This document shows, one piece after another, positions 61,001 to 64,000 of a stretch of 64,000 nt of DNA. Position 1 is the stretch's first letter, and every line of letters starts with the position of its first letter. The position numbers and the translations under genes were made by a program. The stretch is from assembly GCA_001643675.2 (NCBI GenBank), contig LSRY02000055.1, positions 62,001 to 126,000 on the forward strand. The letters run 5' to 3'. The DNA comes from Monocercomonoides exilis PA203. Lineage: Eukaryota; Protista; Preaxostyla. Below the pieces are notes generated by a model. The model worked only from the letters and a program-made list of their open reading frames with translations. It did not search any database and had not been told where the DNA came from.

Positions 61001-64000
61001 TATCAAATCAAAAAGGCTTCTTCAATGGGAGAAGAGAATGTTAAAGCAATATTGAATATTAAAAAACTGGTTGAAGACAACAATCAAGGCTATATTATGG
61101 AAAATGATGAACATCTTGAATTGACAAATATCCAACTGCAACTGACATCTGGATTTAACAACTCAGCCAAAACAATGATTTCAAACAAAGGTGGAGATTT
61201 GATAATATCTGGATGTTCATTCCATTTAGAAGCAGGAATGAACAATGGATTTGATTGTGTGTTTGTGGATGTGATTGGAGGAAGTGTGGAAGTGAATGTT
61301 TTGTCGATTGAATCATGCAATGTTGGAAACAGTATTTTTGCCATTCATGATGCTGGAGTTTCTTGCCATTTTGTGAATGTTCGAGTGGAATCGTTGAATG
61401 AAAGTGGAGGATGTCTTCTTCTGATCAAAGGGTCTGAGTCATCGAAAAAGATAAATGAAGGAGGTGAAGAATGTGTGAATATTGAGATTGAGAAATCATC
61501 ATTTTTAGGAGTGAAGAGAAGTGACAACGGAGCAAGTATTTTGGAATCAAAGAGTGAAAAAAAGATTTGTTTGGTTGTGAATGAGAGCAGCATAACAGAA
61601 GACAAAGCAGAATCAAGTGAAAAAGGAGGGGCAATATTCTTCACATTGGGTGCATCAGGATCAATGAAGATGATTGAATCAACAATCAGTCATTGCAGCT
61701 GCGGTCTCAGTTCAGGGAGAGGAGGAGGAGTGTATCTGGAGACAAAGGAAAGAGGGGAATTGAATTTCACATTTGTTGGAATGAAATTCAGTGGGAACAG
61801 AGCAAAAGTGGGGAATGATATTTTCATTGAATGTTACAGGATCAGATCGCAGATAAATGAAACCCAATTTCAGTTTGATTTTCGAGAAGACCATTACACT
61901 CGTTTCAATGCGATATATGGAAGAGATGAGTGTGATTATCCAAACGATGCAGATCTGATTGATTTTTTGACGATGCATCGGAGCGACACAATTGTTGTGA
62001 GCAATGTGGATGGATCGAATGACGGACAATGTGGAACAAACACACTTCCATGTGATTCAATTGAGCATGGGCTGGTGCATCTGACATCTGAATATGTGAG
62101 TCTATTGTATGTTGACACTGAGAGTGTGATTGGAAAAGAAATAAATCTGGAGGAGATGAGTCTGAGTTCGAAGAGCAGGGAGATGTGCAAAGTTGAAGTG
62201 AAATCAAACATTGGAAAAACAAGAGAGGCATTGATGGCAACGAATGGAACAGTCTCATTGGTGAGAGTGAACTTTGTGTTTGATTCAAATTTCATCTCTT
62301 CACACGAATCACTGATATCACCAGGGGGAGGGATTCTTGAAGTGGTGAATTGTTCATTCGCAACAAAACAATCGAATGAAGAAGGAAATATAATATTAGC
62401 TAATATTCCATTTCACATCATTAATACGGCAGAAGGAGAATTACAACTTGATGGATGTGCAATATCAAATCTCATTCTTCATAAATCTGCATTATATCTT
62501 TCATCATCACTTCCATCAGTGATTTATTTATTTGAGATCAGCAATTCAACAGTTTCTCATTCGCTTGTTGAAATTATTGAATATGGACAATTGAATATGG
62601 AGAAGTTTCATACTGAAAATATCACGATTGAAGGAAATGAAGAATCATTGATATCTTGCCTGTCAATGAAAAAGACGATGCAATTAACAAATTGCACAAT
62701 AGGAGGAATCGGTTCAAACAAAGCAAAAGGGAAATTGATGAAATTGGAGGATTGCACGGATGTGAAAATGGACAGCTGCATTTTTGATGGGAATTCAAAG
62801 GAAAGAAATGAACAATATTTGAATGTGGAAGAAGAGATTTGCAGATGGTATAGATCTCTTGTTGATTTTGTGAAGAGTTCTGCGATGTTGAAAGATACAA
62901 CAATATCGAATACATCAGATGGTGGAATAACGATGAGTGGAGGAAATGTGATAATTGAGAAAGGAGAGTTTTTGAATAGCAATCCATCAATTGGAGGATA
63001 TCCATCATTGAGAAGAAACATCATTTGTTCAGATTCAGGAACATTGAATGTGATGAGTTTGAAAGGAGGAGACGGAGTTTTGCCAAATACTTCACTTTGG
63101 ATTCTGAATGAAGGGTGCAGTTTTGAAGGGATTGCTTCGGAGAGAGATTCATCATTCTTCATTCCTGTGCTGGAGAGTGTGGAAGCAAAAGAAGAGACAG
63201 ATAGAATGAAGCTGACATTCAAAGGATTGCTTCTTATTCCATGCAATCTGTCATTCTCGGTTGTGAAGAGGAAGGGAGAAGAGAAAGAGATTGAAAAACA
63301 TGATTTTGATTCAAATGGATTCTTATCGGATAGAGAAGTTGAAGGAAGTGCGACAAAGGATCTTATCAGCAATTGTGGAGATGAAATCGAGGTGAGTGCT
63401 TGTATTTTATTTGGGAATGAAGGATCTCCTTCTTTAACAAATTCATTCATTCTAAAGAATGCAAGTATTTCGCCACCAAAAGGAAATGAAATAATGTTAA
63501 AAGGGGAGGATAAAATTGAATGGAGTTTGATTGCATTTATTGGATGTATTGTTATTATTGTGATTCTGTTATTTGTGATTATTGTGGTTGTTGTGCAACT
63601 GAGAAAGAAGCGGAACAGAGATGGATGGAGAGTTGAAGATGGAGATATTGAAGAATCAAAGAATGCTGGGAGAGGGAAATGGAGAAAAGAAGATGTTGCA
63701 GAAAGGGTTGAGGAGGAGGAAGAAGAGATGAGAACATTATTGACAGGAGAAACGGGAAATGAGATGGGAGTGCAATCAGAGAAAGGCGAAGAGCTGGAGG
63801 AGTGTGAGAACAAAGAAATGGTTGAAAATTCATTTGATTGCAAGGGAGTGATCGAGGTGGTTCCAGTGAATTATGTTGAAATACAAACAGTTGCTTCGCT
63901 TCTTGGTGGTGGAGAGGAAGAAGGATCGGAGACTGATGCAAGAAGAAAGGAAGATGGGGACATGCCAAAAGGAGATGGAAAAGCGAAAAAGGGGAAGAGA
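58067..64000 (+). CDS. Second large single-pass surface protein of the same family, 3'-truncated by the window end (at least 1978 aa)
   Basis: Manual translation of the start, the end and internal segments. First ATG after the in-frame TAA at 58007 is 58067 (MIKIVYMAMFMSIFGISVCL). The frame is still open at 64000 (...MPKGDGKAKKGKR), which explains its absence from the ORF track. Shares GNVIIEKGEFLNSNPSIGGYPSLRRNIICSDSG...SLKGGDGVLPNTSLWILNEGC with the 2581-aa protein. TM WSLIAFIGCIVIIVILLFVIIVVVVQLRKKR at about 63520-63612. Confidence 0.88.
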   Translation, partial: MIKIVYMAMFMSIFGISVCLNGEWNESVVCGCICAFNSSVELREMILTRHERGSVVSGMRGSVVVVRGCGVEMGRGKEAGVFELGGCRGVFWNITLRGFGRGGNVCGRLFGGEGRMGQTGNEREGGGGRVRGGWGRGGGRGEGGERGGQRGGGGRRGGEERGEGRGEGSEGGGSVLVSESDFSSFCVSSAPFLAPPLTRLVSLSKLTFFNISTNPQKTTHLAEGLSQTSFLMNGCTFSSICDVYDGGIVHSLNNPYASLTASNTSFVGCCRKRNVECTGTETNKLTPGRQNTTENGANSFTWCEWNGSKTTGEIDSVTDGISSGGAINMNNLVSGALSVKHCTFNDCYAYYGGGGIMCHEISSIKIENNSFNSCTAQRDNGGGIYAYNITSCVRISGCEFQKCKSCFDGGGFYLSTFQTSGSSCIGTESGKGESACVFECSFSSCTLSSTGGGGMNCFFIPAAFKMRSLQFISCSAESYGGGLYFVPCQSTAPSNKLYCYFFFFYDCSCNASTPYGHDVYFQDNFNHFSSNNPLCESYTTNTDEKRVCYADDDWVYQHTEKKDWLKEGMKDRYVGVSGDDTSNLCGMSESASCKTVGHAVSSSMAQLTSTITVLVGKHVSEVETINVGEKKISVVGRGKTVSVIGTSVLSTSSTTLFSVSSGLLEVGHMGIDHNATRSSSPSVFVVSVGRGALLLEDVVIDSSTSGGSGISSSAFEVALKQLKTIDVEIKNMKILQPLLVEPSSAESLSGESVLANVTVRNVNRTEGDGVVIAKSVKGGETFVVWNTTMEGCFCESGNGGGIKVELEGVSSKVLIGDSTSHSGGTTTFNRCKCSECGGGMLLSLGDADALFELSGNFLFDRNEAEFGKNMFISASDLNKTVTNGSFKFDFSSMKDDKTLFVGSDDFHSNKDLFMFLIPYSSFEIFISSNGFDVVRCGNEEEPCFTMWKGMENMKEGNKIKTIQIEGSSFIQDSFNVSNYQIKKASSMGEENVKAILNIKKLVEDNNQGYIMENDEHLELTNIQLQLTSGFNNSAKTMISNKGGDLIISGCSFHLEAGMNNGFDCVFVDVIGGSVEVNVLSIESCNVGNSIFAIHDAGVSCHFVNVRVESLNESGGCLLLIKGSESSKKINEGGEECVNIEIEKSSFLGVKRSDNGASILESKSEKKICLVVNESSITEDKAESSEKGGAIFFTLGASGSMKMIESTISHCSCGLSSGRGGGVYLETKERGELNFTFVGMKFSGNRAKVGNDIFIECYRIRSQINETQFQFDFREDHYTRFNAIYGRDECDYPNDADLIDFLTMHRSDTIVVSNVDGSNDGQCGTNTLPCDSIEHGLVHLTSEYVSLLYVDTESVIGKEINLEEMSLSSKSREMCKVEVKSNIGKTREALMATNGTVSLVRVNFVFDSNFISSHESLISPGGGILEVVNCSFATKQSNEEGNIILANIPFHIINTAEGELQLDGCAISNLILHKSALYLSSSLPSVIYLFEISNSTVSHSLVEIIEYGQLNMEKFHTENITIEGNEESLISCLSMKKTMQLTNCTIGGIGSNKAKGKLMKLEDCTDVKMDSCIFDGNSKERNEQYLNVEEEICRWYRSLVDFVKSSAMLKDTTISNTSDGGITMSGGNVIIEKGEFLNSNPSIGGYPSLRRNIICSDSGTLNVMSLKGGDGVLPNTSLWILNEGCSFEGIASERDSSFFIPVLESVEAKEETDRMKLTFKGLLLIPCNLSFSVVKRKGEEKEIEKHDFDSNGFLSDREVEGSATKDLISNCGDEIEVSACILFGNEGSPSLTNSFILKNASISPPKGNEIMLKGEDKIEWSLIAFIGCIVIIVILLFVIIVVVVQLRKKRNRDGWRVEDGDIEESKNAGRGKWRKEDVAERVEEEEEEMRTLLTGETGNEMGVQSEKGEELEECENKEMVENSFDCKGVIEVVPVNYVEIQTVASLLGGGEEEGSETDARRKEDGDMPKGDGKAKKGKR

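Noticed and set aside
1-64000. Alternative genetic code (TAA/TAG = Gln, as in some oxymonads) to explain the stop-riddled regions
   Set aside because: The 2581-codon ORF has no in-frame TAA/TAG and the second giant ORF appears equally open, while both use CAA/CAG. Decayed regions also contain TGA stops and frameshifts. Intact genes mostly ending in TGA is compatible with simple stop preference.

Overview
AT-rich, intron-containing eukaryotic DNA. The gene families, short GT-AG introns and simple-repeat load resemble the oxymonad Monocercomonoides; this is an inference and no database search was run. Coding content: (i) an intact intronless 2581-aa single-pass surface protein with a Cys/GGxI-rich modular ectodomain and a C-terminal TK/TKL-like pseudokinase lobe (13527-21272, -); (ii) a second family member missing from the ORF track because it runs off the window (58067->64000, +, at least 1978 aa); (iii) five copies of a spliced, roughly 440-aa alpha-helical lineage-specific gene family (three apparently intact, two pseudogenes); (iv) a GC-rich C-terminal fragment of an IQCH-like gene; (v) a decayed Merlin/IS1595(ISXO2)-type DNA transposon with recognisable TIRs and an 8-bp TSD (38202-39590). 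The main structural feature is inverted symmetry at many scales. Three consecutive large inverted duplications (about 6.5-12.6/28.8-34.6 kb, 34.8-38.0/40.1-43.4 kb and 44.6-46.2/49.5-51.0 kb) are present; the arms of the first two are patchworks of identical and strongly diverged tracts. There are also several foldback/MITE elements, some sharing a GGGTGATT terminus. No rRNA, tRNA or CRISPR array was recognised.
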